The notes under the pieces: generated by a model
Databases searched by the model: none
What the model saw: only the letters and a program-made list of their open reading frames with translations
Told to the model about the DNA's origin: nothing
Shown here: positions 16,469-27,525 of the stretch, piece by piece
Layout of the letters: each line of letters starts with the position of its first letter
Position numbering within the stretch: the first letter of the stretch is position 1
Source: Gemmatimonadota bacterium
GTDB taxonomy: Bacteria; Gemmatimonadota; Gemmatimonadetes; Gemmatimonadales; GWC2-71-9
Assembly: GCA_046729675.1 (NCBI GenBank)
Contig: JBKPGZ010000238.1
Location: 1-36,179 of the forward strand
Length of the DNA stretch: 36,179 nucleotides
Reading direction: 5' to 3'
Made by a program: the position numbers and the translations under genes

Positions 16469-17138
16469 CTAGCCGCACTCTTTCATTCGTGCCCTTCCTC
16501 GCCGCTAGCGTTCTCCCGCAACGATGTAGTCCGAATGGACTCGGCCTGCTCGCACCTCCCAAGGCCCGCAGCGGTGAGGCCGAGCCTCCATTATGGCTGA
16601 GATCCGGCGCGTGAGGTCCAAATGGAAGTTGAACCGGCAATCGGGGATCGTCGAGGCGAAGAACTCGGTAGCGAGTTCTTGGAAGTCGGAGCGCAGCTTC
16701 TCCTGCCCGTATTGGCCTATAGAGGCGCTAAACAAATCCGATCCCCAGGTTTCCAGTTGAATGAGGACGGAATCATCGTCACGGATTCGGTAAGCGCGGC
16801 TGAGGCCACCACGGTCCAGCGCCCGCTGCCCATCGGCCCTGCACGCGTATTTCTTGCAGAATTGGGAGCCTTCGAACTCGGTTTTCTCTCGGGAAGTGCT
16901 GTCGGAGTTATCCGCGCTACATCCGGTCAGACTGAGCAGCAGTAACGCCAGTGTAAGCGAGCTCTGCCTACCAGATGCCCGTTTCTGAATCTCTCGCATT
17001 TCCACCTTGACCCCCGAAACCTCCCCTGTGGTAAACTAGCCGGGTTGGCGTCATCAAGCGCCCGGGGGCAAACCTGGTACGACTCGCCGTGATTGCTGGG
17101 CTGGTTACGGTACTGGGGGACAGTCCCCGCCCTGCTAA
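16451..17138. other. AT-richer 688-bp islet bounded by the 21-bp direct repeats (possible remnant of a site-specifically integrated element)
   Basis: Hand counts give 34/60 and 33/60 G+C for lines 16681 and 16741, against 43/60 for flanking line 16261. It contains a single orphan lipoprotein gene and no recombinase. Confidence 0.4.
16505..17005 (-). CDS. Hypothetical lipoprotein (no family recognised)
   Basis: 166 aa. MEMREIQKRASGRQSSLTLALLLLSLTGCSADNS has a lipobox (LTGC). Composition is atypical for the window (K/E/F/S/D-rich, lower GC). Confidence 0.6.
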   Translation of the reverse strand: MEMREIQKRASGRQSSLTLALLLLSLTGCSADNSDSTSREKTEFEGSQFCKKYACRADGQRALDRGGLSRAYRIRDDDSVLIQLETWGSDLFSASIGQYGQEKLRSDFQELATEFFASTIPDCRFNFHLDLTRRISAIMEARPHRCGPWEVRAGRVHSDYIVAGER

Positions 17139-17626
17139 GGATTGAACTTCCCGAAATCCTGCGGATCCATCTTCTCGAGGTATTCCTTGAGCTTGTCCGC
17201 CTCGAGCGAGGGATTGGGCGAGGGCTCGTCGGTCTCGACGCCGTTCTGGTCGAGCAACTGGTCGCTGGTGAAGATCGGGGCGCGCATCCGCAGGGCGAGC
17301 GCGATACTGTCCGAGGGCCTCGCGTCCACCTGGAAGACGTGATCGTCGCGCCGGATGAGTAACTCGGCGAAGTAGGTGTTCTCCTTCACCGCGCTGATCA
17401 CCACCCGGCGGAGGTCGCCCCCGAGACCCACCAGAACCTGCTTCAGCAGGTCGTGGGTCAGCGGCCGCTGGGCCTTCATGCCCTGGAGCTCCATGGCGAT
17501 GGCGCTCGCCTCCGCGGGCCCGATCCAGATCGGCAGGACCCGGGCCCCCTCCTTCTCCCGCAGGATCACCACCGGGGTGTTGGTGGTCCGATCCAGGCCC
17601 AGGTGAGCGACAGTCACTTCGATCAT
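17135..17626 (-). CDS. Bifunctional nuclease family protein (DUF151/BFN)
   Basis: ATG 17626 gives MIEVTVAHLGLDRTTNTPVVILREKEGARVLPIWIGPAEASAIAMELQGMKAQRPLTHDLL...YFAELLI....VDARPSDSIALALR, the conserved BFN core. The track ORF start 17704 lies inside a palindromic repeat. Confidence 0.85.
   Translation of the reverse strand: MIEVTVAHLGLDRTTNTPVVILREKEGARVLPIWIGPAEASAIAMELQGMKAQRPLTHDLLKQVLVGLGGDLRRVVISAVKENTYFAELLIRRDDHVFQVDARPSDSIALALRMRAPIFTSDQLLDQNGVETDEPSPNPSLEADKLKEYLEKMDPQDFGKFNP
17139..17159. repeat. Direct repeat copy 2 (GGATTGAACTTCCCGAAATCC)
   Basis: Identical 21-mer to 16430-16450. Here it encodes the real C-terminus DFGKFNP plus TAA of the bifunctional nuclease gene. Confidence 0.95.
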
Positions 17627-17641
17627 CAATCGCCTCGAACA

Positions 17642-17720
17642 CCGTGAAAGGTGAAATGTAAAAGGTGAAACGGTGCAACACCCATGCCCCTTTTCACCGT
17701 TCACCTTTCACTTTTCACGG
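17642..17720. repeat. Imperfect palindromic element built of GTGAAAN heptads (copy A)
   Basis: Arms are 17642-17673 (CCGTGAAAGGTGAAATGTAAAAGGTGAAACGG) and 17689-17720 (CCTTTTCACCGTTCACCTTTCACTTTTCACGG). 27 of 32 positions are complementary and the loop is 15 nt. It lies between the ahcY stop and the nuclease start. Confidence 0.8.
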
Positions 17721-17729
17721 CTTTCAGGT

Positions 17730-20316
<2,587 letters not shown>

Positions 20317-20360
20317 AACGAGCGACTCGTGGTGGGGGTAAGGTGCTGTGGGCGGCGCGA

Positions 20361-22163
20361 TTACGGCCTCAAGCTACCCACCCGGCCGCGCCCCGGCAAC
20401 GCCGAGCTGGGGTCGAGCAGGCGCACATCGATGAACTCGCCGACCGTCTCCCGCAGGACTGCCGAGACCTCCTCCGCGCTCGCTGCGGTGAGAGCCGCCG
20501 ATGCCGCCTGGCGCGCGGCATCCTCGGGCACGGTGCGCACCACCCACTTGACCAGGGGCAGCGCCGGGGGCGAGACGCTGAGGCGCTCGTAGCCCAACCC
20601 GATCAGCAGGACCGCGCTGAGCGCCTCGGACGCCATCTCCCCGCAGACGCTCACCGGAATGCCGGCCCCGCGGCCGACCTCGACCACCTGCTGGAGTTGC
20701 CGGACGATCGAGGGGTGGTGCGGCGTGAAACGGTCCGCCAGCCGCGCGTTGCCCCGGTCCACCGCCATAGTGTATTGGGTCAGGTCGTTGGTGCCCACGC
20801 TGAAGAACGCGCTCACCTCCGCCAGGCGATCGGCGATCAGCACCGCGGCGGGCGTCTCGACCATGACGCCGACCGGCACGGTCTCCGCCGCGCGGATGCC
20901 CGCAGCCTTGAGGTTGGCGGCCTCCTCCTCCACGATGGCCTTGGACTCGAGCACCTCTTCCACCCGGGTCACCAGGGGCAGCATGAGCTGGATGTCCCTG
21001 CCCGCCGCTGCGCGAAGGACCGCGCGCACCTGCGGGCGGAAGACCTCCGGCTCGTCCAGGCACACCCGGATGGACCGCCAGCCGAGGAACGGGTTGGCCT
21101 CGGGGGAAGACTTGAAGGCGACGGGGAACTTGTCGCCTCCGAGGTCGAAGGAGCGGATCACGATCGTCTGCCCGGGGAACGCCAGCGCTACGCGGCGGAA
21201 ATACTCCGCCTGCTCGTCCTCGGTCGGCAGCGTTGCCCGGCCGGTGAGGAGGAACTCGGTGCGCAACAGGCCCACCCCCTGCGCGCCGAGCCGCTGGGCG
21301 GGCTCGATCTCCTCCGGCAGGTCCACGTTGCCCTGCAGCAGGATGGGCCGTCCGGACGGCGTGACCGCGGGCTGATCCACGATCCCCTCGAGCTGGAGCT
21401 CGAGGCGGTCGCGGCGGCTGACCTGGGTCCTGGCGTCGTCCAGCTCGTCCAGCGTCGGCTCGAGGATGATGACGCCACTCCGGCCGTCCAGCAGCAGCAT
21501 GGCCCCGTCGGGGATGCGAGCCAGCGCGCCGACGGCGCCCATGACCGCGGGGATGCCCAGGCTGTGGGCCAGGATGGCCGCGTGCGCGGTGCGGGTGCCT
21601 TCCTCGCTCACCAGCCCGACGACGTGCTCCCGGTCGAGCTGGACGGTCAGCCCGGGCGAGAGCTCGTGGGCGACGACGATGACCTGCTCGTCGGGGGAGA
21701 TGGCGTGGAGTTCGGCGGCGCTCCGGCCCATCAGCCGGCTGATCATGCGGAGCTGTATTGCGGTGAGATCCGCCAGGCGCTCGCGCAGGCGCGCGGCGCC
21801 GGACCACAGGTTCCGGAGCTCCAGCGACTTGAACTCGTAGGCGGTCTCCGCGCTGAGCTGGTTGTTGCGGATCAGGAACTCGACCGAGCTGAGGAAGTCC
21901 TCGTCCTGCGCCATGAGGATCTGCGCGTCGAAGATCCGGGCCTCCTCCGGGCCGGCGCGGCGGAGCACCTTCTGCCCCAGCTCGTTGAGATGGGCCACGA
22001 CCTCGGCCACGGCCTCCCGCAGGCGCCTGACCTCGTGCTCCACCTGGTCGGGACGCACCGCGCGATCGGGGACTTCGGGGAAGTCCCACTGCACGATCAT
22101 CGCGGGCGCCACCACCACGCCCGGGGAGACGCCGATGCCGCTGATGACGCGCCCCCCGGTCAC
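20361..22163 (-). CDS. ptsI: Phosphoenolpyruvate-protein phosphotransferase (PTS enzyme I)
   Basis: [15 protein letters not shown] is the N-terminus. The phospho-His region is [19 protein letters not shown], and the PEP-binding TIM-barrel motifs are GLLRTEFL and [16 protein letters not shown] 22163 forms a GTGA overlap with the ptsH stop; the track ORF (22259) is over-extended. Confidence 0.9.
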   Translation of the reverse strand: MTGGRVISGIGVSPGVVVAPAMIVQWDFPEVPDRAVRPDQVEHEVRRLREAVAEVVAHLNELGQKVLRRAGPEEARIFDAQILMAQDEDFLSSVEFLIRNNQLSAETAYEFKSLELRNLWSGAARLRERLADLTAIQLRMISRLMGRSAAELHAISPDEQVIVVAHELSPGLTVQLDREHVVGLVSEEGTRTAHAAILAHSLGIPAVMGAVGALARIPDGAMLLLDGRSGVIILEPTLDELDDARTQVSRRDRLELQLEGIVDQPAVTPSGRPILLQGNVDLPEEIEPAQRLGAQGVGLLRTEFLLTGRATLPTEDEQAEYFRRVALAFPGQTIVIRSFDLGGDKFPVAFKSSPEANPFLGWRSIRVCLDEPEVFRPQVRAVLRAAAGRDIQLMLPLVTRVEEVLESKAIVEEEAANLKAAGIRAAETVPVGVMVETPAAVLIADRLAEVSAFFSVGTNDLTQYTMAVDRGNARLADRFTPHHPSIVRQLQQVVEVGRGAGIPVSVCGEMASEALSAVLLIGLGYERLSVSPPALPLVKWVVRTVPEDAARQAASAALTAASAEEVSAVLRETVGEFIDVRLLDPSSALPGRGRVGSLRP

Positions 22164-22426
22164 GGCTCCCCGAACCCTTCCGCGACCAGCTGGCTGATCG
22201 CGTCCACCGCCTGCTCGGCGTCGGGCCCGTCGGCCCGGATCACGATCGAGCTGCCGCATTCCGCCGCGAGCATCATCACGCCCATGATGCTCTTGCCGTT
22301 CACCGCCATTCCGTCCTTGAAGAGCTCGACCTCGGAATTGAAGGTGCTCGCCAGGCGGACGATCTTGGCCGCCGGCCGCGCGTGCAACCCTTCCTGATTC
22401 ACGATCGTGGCCTCTCGCTCGATCAT
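22160..22426 (-). CDS. ptsH: Phosphocarrier protein HPr
   Basis: 88 aa, MIEREATIVNQEGLHARPAAKIV...NGKSIMGVM. Both the His15 site (GLHARPA) and the Ser46 site (GKSIMG) are present. It is embedded in a longer spurious track ORF. Confidence 0.9.
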   Translation of the reverse strand: MIEREATIVNQEGLHARPAAKIVRLASTFNSEVELFKDGMAVNGKSIMGVMMLAAECGSSIVIRADGPDAEQAVDAISQLVAEGFGEP

Positions 22427-23157
22427 GGCAGCACCCAGCGGAAGAGAACGAGCAGGACGAGCGCGAGGAGCGCGAAGCGCACCGCGGTGAGGGAGGCGCC
22501 GAACCAGCGGGTCACGGCCACGCCGGTCGCCGCGACCGCGAGGGCTCCCAGGGCTCCCGGCCATCCGATGACTTCCAGGTACCAGTCGGCGATCAGTGGG
22601 ACGGCGACGCCGATCGCGAACCCGGCCGCGGGCCCGATCCGCTCGATGGCTCCGGAGATCCACGATTTCGCGATCGCGCCGCCGACGCCCATGCCGGCGT
22701 CGAGACCGGTGCGGAGCGACCACACCCCGGTGGCCACCCGGGCAACGTTGTAGAGCAGCAGGAACCCGAGCACCGCCCACCAGCGGGCGCCCAGGACCAC
22801 GGCCACCATCGCGGCGCCGACCAGGAGAGGCACCAGGCCCGCCCAGAAGAGCTGGTCCCCCAGCGCCCCCAGCGGGCTGCAGAGCGCGGTTCGAAGGCGC
22901 GTGATCTGCGCGCCCGGCACACCGTCGTACTCGGCGCGCGCGGTGGCGCCCAGCGCGAGGCCCGCGAGGTTGGGGTGGCAGTTGAAGAACTCGGCGGACC
23001 GCACGACGGCCTCGGTGTGGCGGACCGGATCCACGGTCTTGAGATCGTCCAACAGCGGCTCGGCGGCGTAGCCCATGCCGACACCCAGCATCCGCTCGTA
23101 GTTCCAGGTCCCTTGCACGGCGAAGAGCCGCAGCCATGCCTGCCACCCGCCGTTCAT
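22423..23157 (-). CDS. PTS mannose/fructose/sorbose-family IID component
   Basis: ATG 23157 gives MNGGWQAWLRLFAVQGTWNYERMLGVGMGYAAEPLL, the IID signature (QGSWNYERMQ-like). The C-terminal half is membrane-spanning. ATGA overlaps occur at both ends. Confidence 0.8.
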   Translation of the reverse strand: MNGGWQAWLRLFAVQGTWNYERMLGVGMGYAAEPLLDDLKTVDPVRHTEAVVRSAEFFNCHPNLAGLALGATARAEYDGVPGAQITRLRTALCSPLGALGDQLFWAGLVPLLVGAAMVAVVLGARWWAVLGFLLLYNVARVATGVWSLRTGLDAGMGVGGAIAKSWISGAIERIGPAAGFAIGVAVPLIADWYLEVIGWPGALGALAVAATGVAVTRWFGASLTAVRFALLALVLLVLFRWVLP

Positions 23158-23837
23158 CGCAGCGCCGCGGCGAGGAGTCCGACCAGCGCACCCGCGCCCA
23201 GCCACCGGAGCCGCGGCCCACGGCCCGCGCTCCGGATCGCGCCACCGATCGCCGCCGACAGCGCGCAGCCCAGGGCGACCAGGGTGAGCCCCAGTCCGGT
23301 GGAGCGGTCCATCCCGGCGACCGGCTCCGCCAGCACCCAGGCGCAGGCGAGCCCGAGGACGGTGAGCCCCGCGGCCCGTGCGGCGTCGCGCGCGAGCGAG
23401 GCGTACTGGAGCCGCCGGATCGCGCTGCTCTCCCCCGCCGCCAGCGCCGCCGAGTGGTGCTGGATCGCCCGCGCGTTGGCGCGGCGCACCGCCGAGAGGC
23501 TGAAGCCGCCGAGTACCGCGATTACCAGGCCGAGGGCCGCGCTGACACCGAGCGCGAACTGCCAGGGCGAGTCGGCCGCGAGCGCGGTGGCGGCGACCGT
23601 TGCCGGACCGTAGTCCGGATAGCGGACCGCGCCCACCGGCAGCACGTCGAGCGCGAACAGCTCGAACAGCACGCCGACGCGGAGACCGGCCTCCACGTCG
23701 CCGGCGAGCCATCCCGCGACGGCGCCCGCGACCAGCGGCCGGGCCAGCATCGCCTGGGGCACGCTCACCAGGTCGAGGCCGACGATGGTGCCCCAGAGGA
23801 CCAGCAGGATCGCGCTCGAGCCGGAGAGGTCGGTCAT
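23154..23837 (-). CDS. PTS mannose-family IIC component
   Basis: 227-aa polytopic membrane protein. GLDLVSVPQAMLARPLVAGAVAGWLAGD...LFELFALDVLPVGA resembles the ManY/IIC core. Confidence 0.78.
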   Translation of the reverse strand: MTDLSGSSAILLVLWGTIVGLDLVSVPQAMLARPLVAGAVAGWLAGDVEAGLRVGVLFELFALDVLPVGAVRYPDYGPATVAATALAADSPWQFALGVSAALGLVIAVLGGFSLSAVRRANARAIQHHSAALAAGESSAIRRLQYASLARDAARAAGLTVLGLACAWVLAEPVAGMDRSTGLGLTLVALGCALSAAIGGAIRSAGRGPRLRWLGAGALVGLLAAALR

Positions 23838-24310
23838 CCCAGGGCCTTCAGCGAGACGGGCGAGGTGGTGGGGAGGTCCTGCGCGCTGATCGCCGCGCCG
23901 CTCGCCTCCAGCGCCTCCAGCCGCGCCATCTCCTCATCGGTGAGGTAGAGGTAGGGCAGACGCTCCCTCCGTCCGGCCTTATGGTGGATGCCGCCCAGGT
24001 TGATCCGGTGTACGGTCACCGGGTCCGCGTGGTGGAGGGCGGCCATGGTCTCGAGGTCGCCGGTGAGCACCAGGGTGCGGCGCGCGTCGGACTGCCAGTC
24101 GCGCAGCCCCGCCGACGCCTGCGCCACCGTGACGAACTCGACCTCGATGTCGGGTGTGACCGCCATCCGGTAGAGATCCTGCTCCCAGGCGCTCTCGGCG
24201 ACCTGGTCGTCCACTAGCACCACCCGGCTCACCCCGAGCGGGCGCCCCCATCCCACGACCACCTGTCCATGGATCAGCCGGTCGTCCACCCGGAACAGCA
24301 CGATCGCCAC
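23834..24310 (-). CDS. PTS mannose-family IIB component
   Basis: 158 aa. IVLFRVDDRLIHGQVVVGW contains the IIB(Man) phospho-His motif (RIDDRLIHGQV-like). Confidence 0.85.
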   Translation of the reverse strand: MAIVLFRVDDRLIHGQVVVGWGRPLGVSRVVLVDDQVAESAWEQDLYRMAVTPDIEVEFVTVAQASAGLRDWQSDARRTLVLTGDLETMAALHHADPVTVHRINLGGIHHKAGRRERLPYLYLTDEEMARLEALEASGAAISAQDLPTTSPVSLKALG

Positions 24311-24685
24311 TTAGGGAGTCCGGATGGCTTTGGTCCCGGCCGCCATGGCGTGCTCGGCGGCGGCCTCGACGTCGAGCGAGACGTGGAAGACGAAGTCCAC
24401 CAGCATCGCGAGGTTGACGCCGGTGACCACCTTGACGCCCTGCAGGGTGCGCAGGTGCTTCAGAACCGCGAAGAGACACGAGCCGGAGGCGAGATCGATG
24501 AACACGACGGCCGGGCGCCCGTCGATCGCCTCGCCGACGCGTCGCTCCAGGGCCTCGCGGTCGCAACCGCTGTTGGAGACCGGCTGGAGGACGCCGGTCA
24601 CGCCGCTGATCGACTCGGCCGCGTCGATCAGCGCCCTGGCCAGCCCGCCATGACAGACCACCACCCCGCGCAGGGCCTCACTCAT
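24311..24685 (-). CDS. PTS mannose-family IIA component
   Basis: 124 aa. GVVVCHGGLARALIDAAESISG has the IIA(Man) N-terminal His loop; the fold size is typical. Confidence 0.78.
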   Translation of the reverse strand: MSEALRGVVVCHGGLARALIDAAESISGVTGVLQPVSNSGCDREALERRVGEAIDGRPAVVFIDLASGSCLFAVLKHLRTLQGVKVVTGVNLAMLVDFVFHVSLDVEAAAEHAMAAGTKAIRTP

Positions 24686-25640
24686 AGTCTTCCTGAAGAT
24701 ACTCCCGGACCCCGCGCTGCTCCTTCATCCGCTTGATGAGCCGGGCGTTGAACGCGGCAGCGACGTCCACTCCGGAATAGCGGAGGAGATGCATCATCGC
24801 CACCACCTCGGAGATCACCGTGATGTTCTTGCCCGGATTCAGAGGGACGACCACCCGCGGCACCGCGACGTCGAGGATGGTGGTCTCCTCCCTCGCGAGG
24901 CCGGTGCGGTCGGAGTCCTTGGCGGTCTCCCAGTCCTCCAGCTGCACCACGACCTCGATGCGCTTCTGCTGCCGCACGGCCCGGACGCCGAACAGCGCCG
25001 GAATGTCGATCAGGCCGATGCCGCGAATCTCCATGTGATGGGCGGCGAGCTCGTGCCCCCGGCCGATCAGGATGTCGTTGCCCCGCCGGATGACCTGGAC
25101 CACGTCGTCGGCCACCAGGCGGTGACCCCGCTCGACCAGGTCGAGGACGCACTCGCTCTTGCCGATGCCCGAGCGCCCCACGAAGAGCAGGCCGACGCCG
25201 TACACGTCGGCCAGGGAGCCGTGCAGCGTGGTGCGCGGCGCGAATGCCTCCTCCACCACCGGCTTGATCCGGCGGTAGAACTCCGCCGTCTTCAGCTTGC
25301 TGCGCATGAGCGGCACGCCGCGCGACTTCGCCAGCTCCAGCATCTCCGCGGGGATCTCCTGGCCCTTGGTGACGAAGATGCAGGGCAGCTCGAACTCGAA
25401 GAACCGCTCCAGCGTCTTGCGCCGCTGCTCCGCCGGGAGTGAGCTGAGATAGGTGATCTCGGTCTCCCCGAAAACATGGAGGCGGTTGGGCGCGAAGCGG
25501 CCGGTATAGCCGGCCAGCGCGAGCCCCGGGCCGGCGACTTCCGCGTCGGGCAACTGGCGGTCGAGTCCCAGCTCGCCCGTGAGGGACTCCAGCTGGAGCG
25601 GATCGCCGCGGCGGGAGAGGAAGTCCCTGAGTCTGAGCAT
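24678..25640 (-). CDS. hprK: HPr kinase/phosphorylase
   Basis: 320 aa. GVGLLFVGRSGIGKSECVLDLVERGHRLVADDVV (P-loop) and MEIRGIGLIDI are HprK signatures. Confidence 0.92.
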   Translation of the reverse strand: MLRLRDFLSRRGDPLQLESLTGELGLDRQLPDAEVAGPGLALAGYTGRFAPNRLHVFGETEITYLSSLPAEQRRKTLERFFEFELPCIFVTKGQEIPAEMLELAKSRGVPLMRSKLKTAEFYRRIKPVVEEAFAPRTTLHGSLADVYGVGLLFVGRSGIGKSECVLDLVERGHRLVADDVVQVIRRGNDILIGRGHELAAHHMEIRGIGLIDIPALFGVRAVRQQKRIEVVVQLEDWETAKDSDRTGLAREETTILDVAVPRVVVPLNPGKNITVISEVVAMMHLLRYSGVDVAAAFNARLIKRMKEQRGVREYLQEDYE

Positions 25641-25954
25641 CAGAGCGGGTTGGCCTGCGATGGGCGGGAGCGCCGGGGATAGGCCGAGGCCTTCTCCACC
25701 TGCCGGCGGAGCTTGTCCTCGGCTCGGTCGAGCGCGGACCGGTGATCCTCCGCTTCTCCCTTGGCGACGAGCACCTCACCCCGCGCGACGTGGAGCCGGA
25801 GCTCCGCCGTTTGCTGCACCCCCTCCATGTCGAACACCACGGTGGCCTCGATCGGGCGGCTGGCGAAGTTTCCCAGGCGCTCGACGACCGTGAGGGTGCG
25901 CTCGCGGAGCGCGTCGGAGATCTCGCAGTGGCGGGCGGTGATCGTCGTCTGCAT
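25640..25954 (-). CDS. hpf: Ribosome hibernation promoting factor (short HPF/RaiA family)
   Basis: 104 aa. MQTTITARHCEISDALRERTLTVVERL...AEDHRSALDRAEDKLRRQV matches the sigma-54-modulation/HPF fold pattern. AGGAGG lies upstream. Confidence 0.85.
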   Translation of the reverse strand: MQTTITARHCEISDALRERTLTVVERLGNFASRPIEATVVFDMEGVQQTAELRLHVARGEVLVAKGEAEDHRSALDRAEDKLRRQVEKASAYPRRSRPSQANPL

Positions 25955-25975
25955 GAGTGCTCCTCCTGACCCGGC

Positions 25976-27091
25976 CTAGGCCGAGCCCGCGATGATGTCC
26001 TGTAGGTGTCGCTCCGTCTCGGCGGCCGCGCGTTCCCAGGTCAGCCCTTCGGCGAACCGGCGGGCGGCCTCGCCCAGTCGAGCGACGAGTGCGGGGTTCC
26101 CGGCGAGTTCCACCATGCGCGCGGCGAGCGCGCCCACTTCGCCGTGGGGGACCAGGTAGCCGGTTTCCATGTGGCGCACCGAATCGCGCAGCCCCGGACT
26201 GTCGGAGGCGAGCGACGGTGTGCCGCACGCGGCCGCCTCCACGACAGTGATGCCCCACCCCTCCTTGGGAGAAGGAAAGAGGTTGGCCCACGCGGTGCGC
26301 AGGAGCGAGATCTTCCGCTCCTCGCTGACGAAGCCATGAAACGTCACGGCCTCGCTCTGCCCGAGCTCGGCGGCCAGGCGCTCCAGCGCGGCACGATGGT
26401 CGCCGGTGCCCGCGATGTCGAGCCGCAGGTCGGGACGCGATCGGCGCGCGACCTCGAGGGCCTGAATGGCGAGCCCTATACCTTTATAACGCTTGAGGCG
26501 TCCGACGTACAAGAACCTGGGCTCGGCGGAGCGCGGGTCGCTGGGCGACGGACAAAAGCGCTGCCCATCGACACCGGGGTGGATGACGCGGATTCTCGCC
26601 GCGGCCACGCCCCGGCCCACCAGATCGTCCCGCGTACTCTCGCTGATCGCGTGGAACCCGGCGCGCCGGTATGCGCGAGGAAGCGGCCGCTCGCCGAGCC
26701 AGACGGCGGCGGCCATCGGCCAAGGCGCCTCCTGAAACGCTGTCTCGCCGAACAGGTGAGGCACCAGGACGCAGAACGGCACCTCGGTCATCGAGGCGAG
26801 AAACAGCGGCAGCTTGTTGACGTCCTCGACCACGATGTCGGGCCGCTCCTCGGCGATGGCGCGGCGCACCGCGGCGCGTCCCCGCAGGGCGAAGCTGTGC
26901 CGCCCGCCGCGACGGTGCACCTCGATGTCCTTGATCGTGGCCGTTGGCGGCGCGCCGGGCCACCCGGAGCACACCAGCCGCACGCGATGACCGGCCTCTG
27001 CGAGCCTGCCGAAGATCTCGAAGAAGTGAATCTCCGCCCCGCCCGCGTGCGGGTTCTCCAGATCCTGCCAGTTGACCGCCAGGATGTTCAT
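25976..27091 (-). CDS. Glycosyltransferase family 4 (GT-B, GT1-type)
   Basis: 371 aa. The C-terminal EGWGITVVEAAACGTPSLASDSPGLRDSV is the E-x7-E nucleotide-sugar binding motif region. Confidence 0.85.
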   Translation of the reverse strand: MNILAVNWQDLENPHAGGAEIHFFEIFGRLAEAGHRVRLVCSGWPGAPPTATIKDIEVHRRGGRHSFALRGRAAVRRAIAEERPDIVVEDVNKLPLFLASMTEVPFCVLVPHLFGETAFQEAPWPMAAAVWLGERPLPRAYRRAGFHAISESTRDDLVGRGVAAARIRVIHPGVDGQRFCPSPSDPRSAEPRFLYVGRLKRYKGIGLAIQALEVARRSRPDLRLDIAGTGDHRAALERLAAELGQSEAVTFHGFVSEERKISLLRTAWANLFPSPKEGWGITVVEAAACGTPSLASDSPGLRDSVRHMETGYLVPHGEVGALAARMVELAGNPALVARLGEAARRFAEGLTWERAAAETERHLQDIIAGSA

Positions 27092-27114
27092 GACGACCTG
27101 TCACCCTGGCGTCA

Positions 27115-27525
27115 TCACAGCCGCCCCGTGGCACGGGCGATCCCGTCGAGCACGCCGTTCACGAATCCCGGCGCCCGCGCCCCGCCGAACCAGTGGGCGA
27201 GTCGAACGGCCTCGTCGATCGCCACCTTGGGGGGCACCTCTCCGCGCCGGAGCTCGTGGATCGCGAGACGGAGAATGTTGCGCTCGACCACGGCCATCCG
27301 ACTCATGCGCCAGTTCTCCGCTGCCCGGGCCGCCTCGGCGTCGAGCGACTCGACGTTCGCCACGACTCCCTCGGCCAGCGCCTCGGCACGATCGAGGAGG
27401 GACGGCTCGGGGCCGGTGAGACGGGAGAGCCCGGCGGCCAGCACCGGGATCGGCACGCCACGGAGCTCCCAGGCGTAGAGCAGCTGGAGCGCGCGGGCGC
27501 GACTCTTGGTCTCAATCCGGAGCAT
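27115..27525 (-). CDS. nusB: Transcription antitermination factor NusB
   Basis: 136 aa. RARALQLLYAWEL ... NILRLAIHEL....VPPKVAIDEAVRLA..FGG....FVNGVLD is the NusB pattern. Its position after ribH is conserved in many bacteria. Confidence 0.9.
   Translation of the reverse strand: MLRIETKSRARALQLLYAWELRGVPIPVLAAGLSRLTGPEPSLLDRAEALAEGVVANVESLDAEAARAAENWRMSRMAVVERNILRLAIHELRRGEVPPKVAIDEAVRLAHWFGGARAPGFVNGVLDGIARATGRL

Noticed and set aside
17114-17132. Possible terminator hairpin GGGGACAGTCCCC after the nuclease stop.
   Set aside because: Only about 4-5 bp are usable, the loop is minimal and there is no U-tract. This is not enough to annotate.
16421-17165. The peptide string GFREVQSL appears in two unrelated track ORFs (15317..16468 and 16968..17681), suggesting paralogous proteins.
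   Set aside because: It is fully explained by the 21-bp DNA direct repeat read in a non-coding frame at the second site. ORF 16968..17681 is an out-of-frame artefact over the nuclease gene.
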